A DNA stretch of 64,000 nt from Octopus vulgaris (Eukaryota): assembly GCA_951406725.2 (NCBI GenBank), contig OX597816.1, forward strand, positions 136,834,001 to 136,898,000, read 5' to 3'. This document shows, piece by piece, positions 37,085-51,057 of the stretch. Position 1 is the stretch's first letter; every line of letters begins with the position of its first letter. The notes under the pieces are model-generated. The model saw only the letters and a program-made list of their open reading frames with translations, did not search any database and was not told where the DNA came from. The position numbers and the translations under genes were made by a program.

Positions 37085-37099
37085 TATATGTATATATAT

Positions 37100-37775
37100 A
37101 TAAAGTTTTGGTAAGTAGGAAAGCTGACAAATCATAAATTCCTTCAGGTAAATGGCCCTGCTCAATATGTAGAAAAGGTGTAGGCAGAAACTCTATAAGA
37201 TGTACCCAGTACAAGCTATGGATACATAAGGGGTACAGCAATATCAGAGAAAGGTTAAGAGAGAAAACAGTCTGTGTGTGGCAGTTGTATAAGTACAATA
37301 AACACTAGAAATGTACAGAAAATAGACTCCATCAAATGCCAGTGGGGATACCTAGAAGTAGTTGATAGCTTCCGTTATCTAGATGGTCAAGTCAGCAGTG
37401 GAAGTGGATGCTTGGAGAGCATAGCTACTAGAATTAGAATAGGCTGAGCAAAGGTCAGGGAGCTTTTACTTCTGCTGGTAACAAAGGGCCTCTCCCTCAG
37501 AATGAAAGGCAGACTGTATGATGCCTATGTGCGAACAGGCATGCTCCAGGGCCATGAAGCATAGGCTGTGACCAAAGAGGACATGTAAAGTCTTGAAAGA
37601 AATGAAGTCAGTATGCTTTGCTGGATGAGCAATGTCAATGTGCATGTGCGACAGAGTGTAAGTGCCTTGAGAGAAAAACTGGGCATAAGAAGCATCAGAT
37701 GTGGTGTGTAAAACTCTGTCCAACTTATGCAAGCTTGGAAAAGTGGACATTAAAATGACGATGATGATGATGATG
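37100..37775 (+). mobile_element. RTE fragment (PHD-like finger to C-terminus, joined to 3' tail)
   Basis: Homologous to 59290-59900 (-): tggccctgctcaat.tgtagaaaagg, ctagaagtagttgatagcttccgtta. Ends in (GAT)n. Confidence 0.85.
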
Positions 37776-38050
37776 CTGAAATAGTGTATGAAATAATAAG
37801 GTAATATATATACCCTATTTACCTATGTATATAATTATCCTTTCCAGTACATGCAAAAGACCTGAAATTTAGGGGAAGGGGATTAGTTGATTACATCAGT
37901 CCCATTACATGACTTATTTTATTGATCCCAAATGGATGAAAGTCAATGTCCACCTTGGCAACATTTGAACACAGAATGTAAAAACAGACTAAATACCACT
38001 AAACATTTTGTCTGGTGAGCTATTGATTTTGTCAGTCTTTGCTATGCATA

Positions 38051-38443
38051 TCTCTATATATGAAATGCTGACGTTGTCTGTGTATGGCAGGCTTGGTAGC
38101 CTTCAACTAACACTACCTCCTCCGAGACCCTGAGGTGCAAGTTGATCAAAATTGAGAGTATGATAGAAGAAGGCTTGCTCTTCCTTCCGTAGAAGAAAAA
38201 TTTCAAATCGAACCATGTTAACACCAAATATTATTTACATCAAAAAGGTGCTTTTTTCTATGAAAATCCCTATTTTTTAACGATTTTTTTTACTGCTGTG
38301 TCGCCATTTTTCGGTGTATTTCAACCAGAAAAATGTTCACTTAAAGAGAATAACAAGCTACATAATGCAAAATTTTTACTTTTCAAAAATTCCAATTCTA
38401 AAGGGTTGAAACAAACCCAAGCAACGCCGGGTGATACTGCTAG
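38051..38443 (+). mobile_element. Short non-autonomous Helitron
   Basis: Begins A|TCTCTATATAT and ends with a subterminal hairpin acccaagcaacgccgggt followed by CTAG|T. Inserted between A and T with no TSD. Confidence 0.75.
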
Positions 38444-39485
38444 TAAATAATAATGCACAGTGGGTATTTTCAGCTAAAAATAAAAACTACATCTGTTTAT
38501 TTATAATGTGCAATTTTGCAATTACTACCTTTAAGATGTAAGAACAATTAAAACTTTTAATCAAATTATCCGTATTTCAGTCAGTATAATCACATTAACT
38601 GTCATGAGATTCTGAAGCTATTTTTAATATTTGAAGCTTTTCTCCAGTTGTGGGAGAGTAATGATGTTTTGAAGTGTTCATATTAAGCATTATATTGTAA
38701 CCTGTATATAGATGGTTACTCATTGATTGTAGAGTATACACAACTATGTAACATGATTTATGTATTTCCAAATAACATCATGCATCTTAAGAGACAGTAT
38801 GATTGCAGCAGCAGTCAACCATGTAACTGTCCGCTAACATTATGTTAGCGTGCTAATTTTTTCCACACCTCAAAAATAAAGCACAGAGATTGTTGAAATG
38901 TGACTTGTCTATTGATGATGTCTTCTCCTGGTTGCTTACAGAGAACTTCTAACAAAGAACAGATGTTATATAGAACTTACAAAGTACAGACATACCTCAA
39001 CTTATGTCAGTAATTAGTTCTGAGCCATGCAATTTAACCTGAAAAAAAAATTGTGTAATATGAAAAAACATTTTAAAAAATTTATTAGCTCATATCTGTT
39101 TTAATAAATGGTTTGTACATATTTTCACATACATTTTATTTGGTTTTCCACTGCACTATTAAGTATTAAGTATTTAAAAAAAATTTTTATGCTTTTAAAT
39201 GTACTCACTGAGACCAACATAATAGTCAAATAAATCAAGTGAAGTTAGGGTTTACCTCTTAAAAAATAATGACATAAAGTTGAAAAGACATAACTTGAAA
39301 TGGTATAAGTTGTGATATGCCTGTATTTGCTTAGCATTTAATAAACACAAGTATCAAGAGAAGCAGTTAAAGAGAAGAAAAGTTAATCTTTTAAAATTTT
39401 CATAACACACTATTCTCAACACTCTAAAATTTTTAATTTTGTACTTGTGCATAATATGCGGACCTAAGCGGCTGATAGAAAAGTA

Positions 39486-39630
39486 GCTGCTGCTGCTGCT
39501 GCTGCTGCTTCTTCTTCTTCTTCTTCTTCTTCTTCTTCTTCTTCTTCTTCTTCTTCTTCTTCTTCTCCCCCTCCCCCCTCCTCCTTCTTCTTCAACCACC
39601 ACCACCACCAACTCCTCCTCCCCCTCCTCG
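39486..39630. repeat. (CTG)n(CTT)n(CCT/CCA)n compound trinucleotide repeat
   Basis: Seen directly; source of the poly-R/S ORF. Confidence 0.95.
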
Positions 39631-39633
39631 TTC

Positions 39634-39890
39634 TTTAACGTCCATTTTCCATGCTGGCATGGGTTGGATGGTTTAACCAGATAACCAAAGATTGCAAGCT
39701 GGAGTGCTGCACCGGGCTCCAGTCAGAATTAGCTTGGTTTTCACGGGTAGATGCCCTTCCTAACACCAACCACTTTACAGTATGTGGTGGGTGCTTTTTA
39801 CATGGCACCGACGCGAGTGCTATTTATGTGACACCAACACAGAACTCTTGCAGGCCAATCCTCCTCACCAGAGGATGTGGCCTTAATACC
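39634..39890 (-). mobile_element. RTE-type 3'-end fragment
   Basis: tttaacgtccattttccatgctggcatgggttgg ... gatgcccttcctaacaccaaccac ... gggtgctttttacatggcacc. Confidence 0.8.
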
Positions 39891-39891
39891 T

Positions 39892-39966
39892 AAAAATAGG
39901 GAACGTTTCATGAATTTGTATGTCATGCTAATCTTCTCTATATCCAATTTTAGTATATGTACTGCC
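39892..39966 (-). pseudogene. U6: U6 snRNA pseudogene (5'-truncated, two internal deletions)
   Basis: Minus strand GGCAGTACATATACTAAAATTGGA-TATAGAGAAGATTAGCATG-ACATACAAATTCATGAAACGTTCCCTATTTTT aligns with metazoan U6 from about nt 12 to the 3' oligo-U. Confidence 0.9.
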
Positions 39967-40075
39967 TGTATTTAACAGTGTGGAGCAATTTGCAAAGTTG
40001 TACTTATACATTTAATGATGTGACAGTGTATATGCTAATTTATTGCAAATTTCTTTTCTAAATTCTATTCTTTAA

Positions 40076-40301
40076 CCCTTAAGCATTCAGATTACTCTTA
40101 AATGAAATACTTTTTTTTTTCACATTGTTTTAAATTAATCATGCATTTAAATTAATCTTGTAGCTTTGAGATTTTGAAGATGTGAGTGTGTATTTTTAGC
40201 ATGATATTGTAGGATAGGTATAAAATATCAGATCTGATCTGTTTGAACATAAAACAGGTAGAATATTTAGGCTGGATATGGCCAATTTAACTGCCAAAGG
40301 G
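40076..40301. mobile_element. piggyBac-like MITE
   Basis: TTAA|CCCTTAAGCA ... TGCCAAAGGG|TTAA. A related fragment lies at about 44290-44399, and another TTAA-CCC element at about 35362-35563. Confidence 0.65.
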
Positions 40302-40599
40302 TTAAATGCCTGTTTTCCAAGACCATATCTTCATTCATCAACTCAGTATAGATATAAACTACTTCTAAAAGATCTTCTCAACCTAGAATTATTAATCTAT
40401 AAGAATGTGTACAAATTTTAGAAGAATTTAAAATCTTTCTCTGCTCCTTCTCCTTCTCTTTCACATTCTTTATTAATTTTCTTTCTTTTGTTTTTTTTAT
40501 ACATTGGCTTCTTGATCTGTTTACCTGTGTAACTTGCAAAGTTGTGTAACCTGCCAAAGTCATTTTCCATGTCCCCTAATCAGATCCGTCCACAGGTAT

Positions 40600-41805
40600 A
40601 TTCTTTTATTCTTTTACTTGTTTCAGTTATTTGATTGCAGCCATGCTGGGGCACTGCCTTGAAAGGTTTTAGTCAAACAAATCAACCCCACAACTTATTT
40701 CTTAGAGTCTGGTACTTATTCTAGCTGTCTCTTTTGGTGAACTGCTAAATTATGGGGATGTAAACGCATCAACACTGGTTTCCAAGCAGTGATGGAAGGA
40801 ACAAACACACACAAAGACTCATACACACACATACATACATATATACTCTTAACTCTTTTACTCTTTTACTTGTTTCAGTCATTTGACTGCGGCCATGCTG
40901 GAGCACCCCCTTCAGTCGAGCAAATCGACCCCGGGACTTATTCTTTGTAAGCCCAGTACTTATTCTATCGGTCTCTTTTGCCGAACCGCTAAGTGACGGG
41001 GACGCAAACACACCAGCATCGGTTGTCAAGCAATGCTAGGGGGACAAACACAGACACACAAACACACACACACATACATATATATACATATATCATATAT
41101 ACTACAGGATTCTTTCAGTTTCCGTTTACCAAATCTACTCACAAGGCATTGGTCGGCCCGGGGCTATAGCAGAAGACACTTGACCAAGATGCCACGCAGT
41201 GGGACTGAACCCGGAACCATCTGGTTGGTTAGCAATCTACTTACCACACAGCCACTCCTGCACCTATATATATATATATACTCTCTCTCTTTACTTGTTG
41301 CCATCATTTGACTGTGGCCATACTGGAGCACTACCTTTAGTCGAGGAAATCAACCCCAGGACTTATTCTTTGTAAGCCTAGTACTTATTCTATCGGTCTC
41401 TTTTGCTGAACTGCTAAGTTACGAGGACGTAAACACACCAGCATCGGTTGTCAAGCGATGTTGGCAGGGACAAACACAGACATACAAATACACACACACA
41501 TATATATACATATACATATATACGACAGGCTTCTTTCAGTTTCCGTCTTCCAAATCCACTCACAAGGCTTTGGTCGGCCCAAGGCTATAGTAGAAGACAC
41601 TTGCCTAAGGTGCCATGCAGTGGGACTGAACCTAGAACACACACATATATACAACCAGCTTCTTTCAGTTTCCAACTATTAAATCAATTCACAAAACTTT
41701 GTTCAGCCTGAGGATATAGTAGAAGACACCCAAGGTGCTATGCAGTGGGATTAAGCCCAGAAACATGTGGATGAGAAGAAACATTTTTACCACACAGCCA
41801 CACTT
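40600..41805 (-). mobile_element. Four tandem or partial family A SINEs
   Basis: Copies at about 40600-40820, 40855-41262, 41285-41630 and 41650-41805. Confidence 0.85.
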
Positions 41806-43409
41806 GGGGTATAAGGATGGTATGATTCTTGAAAAAAATGTTTTTACATTTCTACATAATTACATATTTACATTCATGCATCCATTGAAACTAAACCAAA
41901 TCAGGGTGGAATCTGGTATAGCTTGCCCGCTCTGGTCAAACCATCCAACCTATGTCAGCTTGGAAAACGGACATTAAATGATGGTGATGATGATGATGAT
42001 GATACATACCTTTTATGCCAACTGAACTGCTGGTATTCTTTAGATAATTTGTAAATAATAATAACTTGGGTGTAAGAAGTATATTTAATGATGTTCAAAT
42101 AGTGGAATAAATTTCATACCTTTGTTTTTGGAGCCTTTATATTACTGTTTACTGATGCTGACAGACCATCACTAATTTCTTCTTATTTAACCATTTAAAA
42201 AAAATATCTAATGTAGTTTTCTTTCAAACTGTTACAGTACAATATTATGTTAACTATTTAAATCATTGCTACTTCAAATTACTCTGTGATCTAAATACAG
42301 AGCAGCTTAACCCTAAGGTGATTGATCTCATCATTTTTATGCTCGAAAGGAGACAGATTTGATTTCTTTACAAATATCTATTTTCAGATATTTTATACAT
42401 AATTCTAAATGATATTTTTTCCTTTAGTACTTTATAAATATAATTCTGCATTCTTTGCTGCAAAAGCATGGGTAGTTATTCTTTTTTTCTTAACAAGTGT
42501 TAATCAGTAGTTAGCTAATACCACCACACTGGATGGTAATTAAACAGAACTTTCACTTCTTACCTCATTACTATTTATTTCATAGTTTTGTTATTGTTTT
42601 ATCCTGCTTTTTTCTTACTTTATATTTTTCTCTAGTGCCTGCTGGATAATATATGTGTGTTGAGTGTAAATGATTGCATTTGTATGTTCATAGTACAGAG
42701 ACATAGAATGTGTATTTGGGAAAGAGAATTTACACATATGTTCTTGTTCAAGTGTGTATTTGTGTGCACCTACAATTAGGTATACAGGTAGTTGGACTCT
42801 TTGGTAGGCAAATGAAGTTGTGTATAAGGTACATCTGGCATTTGTGCATACAACTTTAACTGGCCATAAATATTTGATTTATCTGGATATTATGCAACAC
42901 ACACCAAAGTTTTTATATCTTTTTTCTTTTACTTGTTTCAGTCATTGGATTGCAAGTCATGCTGGGATACTGCCCCAAAGAGTTTAGTAAAAAAACAAGA
43001 AAACAAAAAACAAAAAAAAAAACAACAGTGGTACTTATTGCTTTTAAGCTTGGTACTTATTCAGGTGTGGCTAGGTGCAGGTATGGCTGTGTGGTTTCAC
43101 TTTGGGCAAGTGTCTTCTACTACAGCTCAGACTAACCAAAACCTTGTGAGTGGATTTAGTAGATGGAAACTGAAAGAGGCCTGTTGTATGCATACAAAAA
43201 GAAAAAAAGGAAAAGCAAAAAGAAAGAAGGGAAGAAGGGGGAAAAGAGAGAAAGAAAGCAAAAAGACTTTCAGTGATGACCACACTACACCACACCTGTA
43301 TATTTTTTCTTGAAGAAGCCACCATCCTTAAACCCATTTCAATGCAATGGTAATTGACTATATGAATGAATGGTGAATAGGAAGGGGGATCCTCCTTCCC
43401 CTCCTCTCT

Positions 43410-43545
<136 letters not shown>

Positions 43546-43983
43546 CCAATGTCTCCAATGTCATGGAACCTCACCCAAAAAAACAAAAACAATGTTCTCC
43601 TCTTCTGACCCCCTGCCCCAATAAAAAGCATGTTTTGTATAAATGAACAAGCTGTTTGTACATTCACAAAATTCTATTTGACAAGTTCCAGAAATGAACA
43701 AAAGCGCTAATAATAAAGAATAAATAAAAATATTTTTTTCCAAAATTCTGTTGACTGTTTTTTTGGTTTCTTTGTTCCCTAACAATACTTACTTTAGTGC
43801 TGTTGACACCGACAGATTGAATGGTACTACCCAGGTGTCAAAACCATAATGATATCTGTGGGGCAGCTGATGATGGAAGTATGTTGGATTGTTGGTATTT
43901 CTGTTTATGTATATGTGGATTAGTATAACTGGATTGTTGGTATGGCTGTAGAGTAGTATTATAACACATCCTTTTGATGTGTG

Positions 43984-44039
<56 letters not shown>

Positions 44040-47000
44040 CATGTATGCATGTATGTATATATTTATGTATGTGTATGCCTTTGTGTCTGTATTTGTTCCC
44101 CTACCATTGCTTGATAACTGATGCTGGTGTGTTTATGTCCCCATAACTTAGCGAGAGAATAAATACTAGGTTTACAAAAAATAAGTCCCGGAGATCAATT
44201 TCTTTGACTGAAGAAAACCCTTATGATTTTGTTAAAAAATAGCAACTAAAAGAACAATTCTTCTTTATATCATATTTTTTGGGGATGAGATTTTGATGTG
44301 ATAATTTACTTTTAGTATGGCATTGTAGTGTAGGGATGAGAGATTGAATATGGCCAGTCTGTACATAAAACAGGTATAAATTTTGGGCCAAAGGGTTAAA
44401 TCAGTCTGATAAACCTCCCAATAAGTCAAGACTTCGAATAACCAATACAATCTATGACTGAAGGCCACATTGTTACAGACTGGAAATTACCCAATAACAT
44501 TTAAAATTATGTAACTTTAGATGCAAGCATTTAAAATTATGTAACTTTAGCCAGCCAGAACCATCCATGGCTGACATAGTGGAAGTAACACCTCAGTGTT
44601 TCTATGGGAACACCACAGACATGACAAAGATGAAACCATTACACGGTTTATTGACCTGCTAGAAATAGCTGCCAAATCTTTTTTGATGTACACTATAACA
44701 GAAATACAACAAGATACTAAGGTGTCAACTTGCAGTATTTCAATATGAACATTAATGCTATCAGTCTCACATGTCTTGGAAGACCTCCCAAAGTAGATGC
44801 CTGAACCAGTATCAGAATATAACAAGCCAGTGAGAGATCCTCTATTCTGTTACTTGACTTAGCAGAAATCATAATAGCTATAACTAGGACCAATCACAGC
44901 CCAGTGTCTAAAATTATGACGGATGTAATAAGTACGTCTAGATACACTGTGCCTGTAAAAAGAACAGAATGGTTGTGACCAGAATGCATTTAATCATGGA
45001 TCTGCTTGATTAAGGCTGATATGGATCTGAATAACAATGATGTCACTATGTCACAATAACAGCAACATTGAAGATACTACATAGCTGTAGTAACAATAAC
45101 TTCTCTTCATCATTTTAATAATGACGACGACCTCACTACAGTATTATTGCAGTTACAACAATTATTTCTGTACATCACCGTCACAACAACGACCTACCTA
45201 AATTACAATAACAAAAATATTGTCACTCTTCTTCTCGACAGCAACAACAACGTTGTTATTATTGAACACTATTATTGTACACTGCAGGGTGGTCACGATT
45301 GGAATGTCTTTGATCATAGACCTGCTCAGTCAATCAAATCTGACCTGGAGCTAAATATCAGGGTTTGGTTAAAACTTGGGATATGAATACATTTCGTTTA
45401 ATGCAAGAAACCTTCAGAACTAACAGAATATCTTCATACAGTTGATTGATATCGATTAAAGTCCTATTCACTCTAGAAACAGAATTTATTGCCAATATTT
45501 CCATGTGACAACAGAAGCTTTTGATGTATCAGTTTTTAATCAAAAACATCAAAATCATCAGATAAATGCTTCAAAGCTGTGTTTATTGATTGTTATCAAT
45601 AACTTTGAATAGCTTCAACATATAATGGGAAAATGTTCTGTGATCATCTTCTTTTGATCGAATAATTCTTTCATAGAATTAATTCTGACTTTGTAGGAAC
45701 CAGTTACATTCTTTGAATTCTAATTATTTTCTACTAACTCCAGCTACAAAATATTTGTGACTGTGTCAGTGAAAGTTGTTGCCAATAGCAACACTGGAAA
45801 CTGTAATGGAGAATAAGGATTAAAGTATATTGTTACTGACTTATGTTGCTCATAGCAGGAACACCTAAGGAGTAAAGGAGTAAATGCATAAAGCATATTT
45901 TGTCAGTGAAATATTGTTGTCTATCGTTTGTGATGGAATTATTATCATTTTAGCTTCATAAAAAAAGACAGAAAAAAACCTTAACCAATCATAAGGAGCC
46001 TAACTACCTTATAAATGATGATGTGTAACATAAATAAAAAGAAAACTGAGATCTAGATTTAGCTAGAAGGATCCCTGATGCTGCCTGTGAAATATAAATA
46101 TTATGGGTAAATTTTTTACTTTTATTCCCAATTCACTTTGAAGGTGTAGTTTACAAGTGATTTCTGGCAATTTTGGTTGTTAGATTAGTTTAAAGCAGTG
46201 GTCTCCAGCCTTTTTTTATACCTCAGACAGGTTTCATGTAAGACAATTTTCCCGTGGATTGATAGTGGCACATATGTGTAATTTAAGATAGAGATAATAA
46301 AAAAGGCAATTTATTAAAGGCAAGAAAAGGTGTATAATCTTTGGAAAGACTTCTTCCCCCACCCCTATTTTCTCGCAAATTATTTATTTATTTTTTTTCT
46401 TTTTTCTTTGCAAAAAACCCATGTTTTTGGATATGGAGATTCCGGAAAATTGCCAAAAATTGGAATTTTGAAATTTTTTTGCCCCCTTACTTCCCCTCCC
46501 CAATTCTTCATTTTAAAACTTTTTTCTGTAAACCTAACCCTAAAACCCCAACCCTAACCCTAACCCTCCGTCTTTTTCCACATATTTTGAAAAAAAAATT
46601 GTGAAAAAAGTTAAAAATGAAGAATTTAGGGTGTGTGTGTGTGTTGGGTGGAGGGGTAATTTAAAAATGCCAATTTTTGCCAATAATTTTGCAGATTCAT
46701 ATTCTCCATAGCTGAAAATGGGAGCTTGTGTAGAAAAAAAAGATTAAATATAAAAAAAAGGTGGTGTTTTGGGTAGGTGGGGGTGTACAAAAGGAAGTCT
46801 TGCCTAATCTTTTCACTCTCATATACCGAAATACTTTAAAATCTGAAAATTAGTTTGGGTTAGAAAATTAGTTGAAAATTATTACAAATAAATAAAAATA
46901 TACATTGATTGTAAAATGTACTTGCAGTTATTATAAAGGTAGACACACAATATACATTAATTATTAAAATATACATCAATTATAAAATGTACTTTAGTTA

Positions 47001-47699
47001 TGATAGATAGTATTGAGTGGATGAATATTGAATATTTAAACAAATCTTCTTAAATTAATGTTCAATATTCAATTTATCTATTATATAATTTTAAACAAGG
47101 TAACTATTTCTTTGCGACCTGGTGGCTGGGGCCTCTGGAATGCACATAAAAAAACTCCACAGTAAAAGCATGAATTTTACCTTCAAAGGGAGACAGGTGT
47201 AATTGTAAATTCATGTTGTTTAATTGTTTGCTATAGCCTTTATAACAAGGTGACTATGATTCATATGCTGGTATGATATAGGTAACTTTCCAGTAAACTT
47301 TTACTGTTACATCTATCTTACTTTGAATGGCAGAGTAAACCTAAAGACAGTGATTTTCAACATTTTTGATGATCAGATTCATTCAAAACCCACAGGAAAA
47401 ATATGTATCTCACCTTCAATGTGAGACATCTTTTAATAGTAAAAATATTCAACGCATTAAGTTGGTGTTTATATATGAGTTAAGGCAAGTTAAGAAGAGC
47501 TGAGAGAGCCTTAGACAGAGTGTCTTTCAGTATTCATTCCATCTTGTTGCCCTTTAAGTACAAATTTACAAGGGTGACATTGGCCTTCTTCCTTTCCAAG
47601 TGTCAATAAATAAAGAACCAATCCAAAATGGAAATTAATTCCTTTCTCTCTCCCCTGCACCCCCTCACATCTCTCTCCTGTCCCCTCTATTCTTTTATT

Positions 47700-48082
47700 C
47701 TTTTACTCTTTTACTTGTTTCAGTCATTTGACTGCAGCCATGCTGGAGCACTGCCTTTAGGCGAGCAAATCGACCCCAGGACTTATTCTTTGTAAGCCTA
47801 GTGATTATTCTATCGGTCTCTTTTGATGAACCACTAAGTTATGGGGATATAAACACACCAGTATCGGTTGCCAAACGATGTTAGGGGGACAAACACAGAC
47901 ACACAAATACACACATATATACGACGGGCTTCTTTCAGTTTCCGTCCACCAAATCCACTCACAAGGCTTTGGTTGGCCCGAGGCTATAGTAGAAGACACT
48001 TGCCCAAAGTGCCACGCAGTGGGACTGAACCCGAAACCATGTAGTTGGTAAGCAAGCTACTTACCACATAGCCACTCCTGCG
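47700..48082 (-). mobile_element. SINE family A, full length
   Basis: Head gcgcaggagtggctatgtggtaagtagcttgc through tail gactgaaacaagtaaaagagtaaaagaa. Confidence 0.9.
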
Positions 48083-48879
48083 CTTATGTGTACAAATGCT
48101 ATACAAAACTGATTTTAACCTCCATTTACAAATCCATTTAATGCTCATTCTTGAAAAATTGAATGAAAAAAGCAGGAGATGAAAATAATTTTACTTTAGA
48201 GTGATTAATACCCTGGGTAGTACTTATAAATGTGAACAAGTCTTTTTTCTTTTTTTTTTTTTGAAAAGCATGCATAAATCATAAAATTAAAGCTATAAAG
48301 TAAAAGAGAAATGTTCCATATTAACAATTGTTTTGCTGTTATGTGAGAGTTACAGCTGCTCAGATATCTGCAGATATTAGTAAAAAATTTTCACCACTGA
48401 GTCTTTCACTGGAATTGGCAAGTAATTTATTTTATTATAGTATTTTATTGTTACAAATCTTCTTTGAAAATATTGTTGGACTTACTAGATGGGCCTTGAT
48501 TAATTAGTATGCAGGTTAGGTGTGTACCGTTGAGGGGAGAGGTGCTGGTACTGCATAAAAGGCACTAGAACTGGTGCCATGTAAAAAGCATTGGTGATAG
48601 TGCTACATAAAAAGCACCCAATACACTCTGTAAAAGTGGTTGGCATTAGGAAGGGCATCCAGTCATCGAAACCAAGCCAAAACAGACCTTGGAATCTGAT
48701 GTAGGACCCTGACCTTGTTAGTTCTTGTCAAGCCGTCCAGCCCATGTCTGCATGAGAAACGGATGTTAATGTTGATGAGGATGAAATTGAATTACTAATA
48801 AAGAATGGCTCTATGAAAGATGTAAGAAATACTCTGTTCTTCATATTTGACAATTCGTTTAAACCAAGATTGAGTGATT

Positions 48880-49200
48880 ACTGGCACTCCATCAGTTATG
48901 ACAGCAAGGGTCCCAGCTGATCCGATCAACAGACCAGCCTGCTCATGAAATTAATGTGCAAGTGATGGAGCACTCTACAGGCACGTGTACCTTGAGCATA
49001 GTTCTCAGGGAGATTCAACATGACACAGAATGTGACATGACTGGCCCTTTGAATTACAGGTACAACTCATTTTTCCCAGCTGAGGACAGGAGCAATGTGA
49101 AATAAAATGACTTGCTGAAGATCACAATGCACCACTAGGTATCAAACTCACAACCTTACGTCTTGAACCGAATAACCTAATCCCTAAGCCATGTGCCTTC
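48880..49200 (-). mobile_element. tRNA-derived SINE sharing its tail with 4029 but with a different head
   Basis: gcactccatcagttatgac...gatccgatcaacagaccagcctgctcatgaaattaatgtgcaagtg is the reverse complement of the 4325-4410 block. Confidence 0.75.
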
Positions 49201-49932
49201 ACTGAGTGGTAATTAAGAAACCAGTCTTCTTAAAGACTTGTTGTATACATCTATGTGTGCCTCTCAGGTGTGTTTGACTGAGTTTTTGCTTTCATAACTG
49301 CCATTACATGGGAACATCTGGAACTTTTGATAACATGCAGTGATTTTATTGTAAAATGACTGGTTAGTATCCAGGGCAGTCACCTGATCTGAATGTGACC
49401 TGATCTTAATTACTGAATCAACAGAGTTTTGAATCTAGGCCTCATTACAATATTTTTATGATTTGGTTAGTTACATTCAGAACTACACATGACATTTGAT
49501 ACACTATTTTTTTTTTTTTGTGGTGTAATGGTGTAAATGGATGTGTGATAAGAAATATCTCATAAGTCCTGCTGCCAACGAAAGTTTATCCATGTTTTAG
49601 TTTAGAGTATATTCTTGATGACTTATTATTACATGTAGCAACAATTTTGAAGAAGGAGTGGAATATACATTATGATGGATGTATATTATTAGTGACAATA
49701 CTTGGGAAGCCATTATGGAGTATAATGATTTATGTTTACTACTGTTTCCCACAGCAATACTTTTGAAGCAGTTGTGGAGTATAAGGATTGAAGTACATTG
49801 TAGGTGACATATGGTTGCCCATAGCAACATTTTATGAAGCCTTGGTGACGTATACAGATTAATGATTATTTTTGGCATTTTGTTATTGCCTTGCTTGTAG
49901 CCATACTTTAGAAGTCATAGTGACAAATAAAG

Positions 49933-50095
49933 CAGTCATGGACAACCTGCAGCCTGTGAGCCACATGCATTCCACAGAAGTTTCTGCATGGCATGCCTTA
50001 TGAAAAATTAGTATCACCTTTTTAGTAGTGTGGCCCACCTGATGATGAATTATGTCTTATGTGGCCCACTTCTCAAAAAAAGGTTGTTCACATTT
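49933..50095. mobile_element. Decayed hAT-like MITE
   Basis: CAGTCATGGACAACCTGCAGCC ... gtggccc...AAAAAAGGTTGTTCAC resembles Charlie-type ends. Confidence 0.45.
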
Positions 50096-51057
50096 AATAT
50101 GAAGACTGAAGTTTTTTATGGTTTAGTCAGACGAGGGATTTTGGCATTTATGAAACTTATAGGACCTTTGAGCCTGATTTATGGAGTTAAGTGTCTGCAT
50201 CAGTACCCTCTCACTGGCTTGTAAAAGATTTTCCTGGTTTCAATCATAAACAATGACTGCTGGGTTTGTGTAATCAGAGGCATTGCATCAATATCTCTTG
50301 TTTTGCTCAGAATGAAGACTTGGTTCAAATTCTTGCAAATGAGTAGACCCTGCTAAAAGTATTCAAGGCTCAGTGGTGGTGATAAACTGGGTAATGGATT
50401 ATGTCTATCTCTCCATGAACAAGTACAAGCAGATTTGCTCCTCACAGGTTCAATCTACTCAATTTCACACAATAAAAACATTAGTTTACCTACCTGCCTA
50501 ACGTGCTGTTTAGCCTAGAGAGGGATGGGCTCTGCCAGGCTTTCTCATCCTAGACATGCTGCATGGCTGCTGCACTCTAACGATCCTCCAAAAGGTTCAG
50601 GGACTTGTCAATTGTCTAATGTGCAGGGTAGTTGTATTGAACCCCAAAATTCTCAACTGCAGATGAGACCTGCACCATGTTTTTATTATTGGTAACTTAC
50701 TGGTAACTTGTTGTTGCCTACAGCAGTATTTGGGAAGGTATAGTGAAAAATAGATGAAGTTGAATGTCAGTGGTTTGTGCAATATTTTCAGAGCAATTGT
50801 GAGTTCAAGCATTAACTCTACCTGTCAAAGCATTTTCATAAGTTTGTTCTAGACGTCCATACTTGATTTCAACCTTTAGTTAGTCCTTGTTTCATGTGTT
50901 CTGAATAATATAAAGCTTTCCTTTCATGAGTCCCAAACTGCTCTGATGGTTGATAAAAATTGGAAGTCTGTATCATATATGGTATGTAAGACAGGCAAAG
51001 TTTTAAAGTATATTGTCAATTTAAATAAAAAAAGTAAGGAAAAATTTAGCCTAAGAT

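Noticed and set aside
39354-39611. Protamine-like poly-Arg/Ser ORF
   Set aside because: It is the (CTT)n(CTG)n trinucleotide run beside an RTE tail read on the minus strand.
46530-46567. True telomere or chromosome-fusion scar
   Set aside because: Only about 4 degenerate CCCTAA units inside a repeat-like segment, with no head-to-head arrangement.
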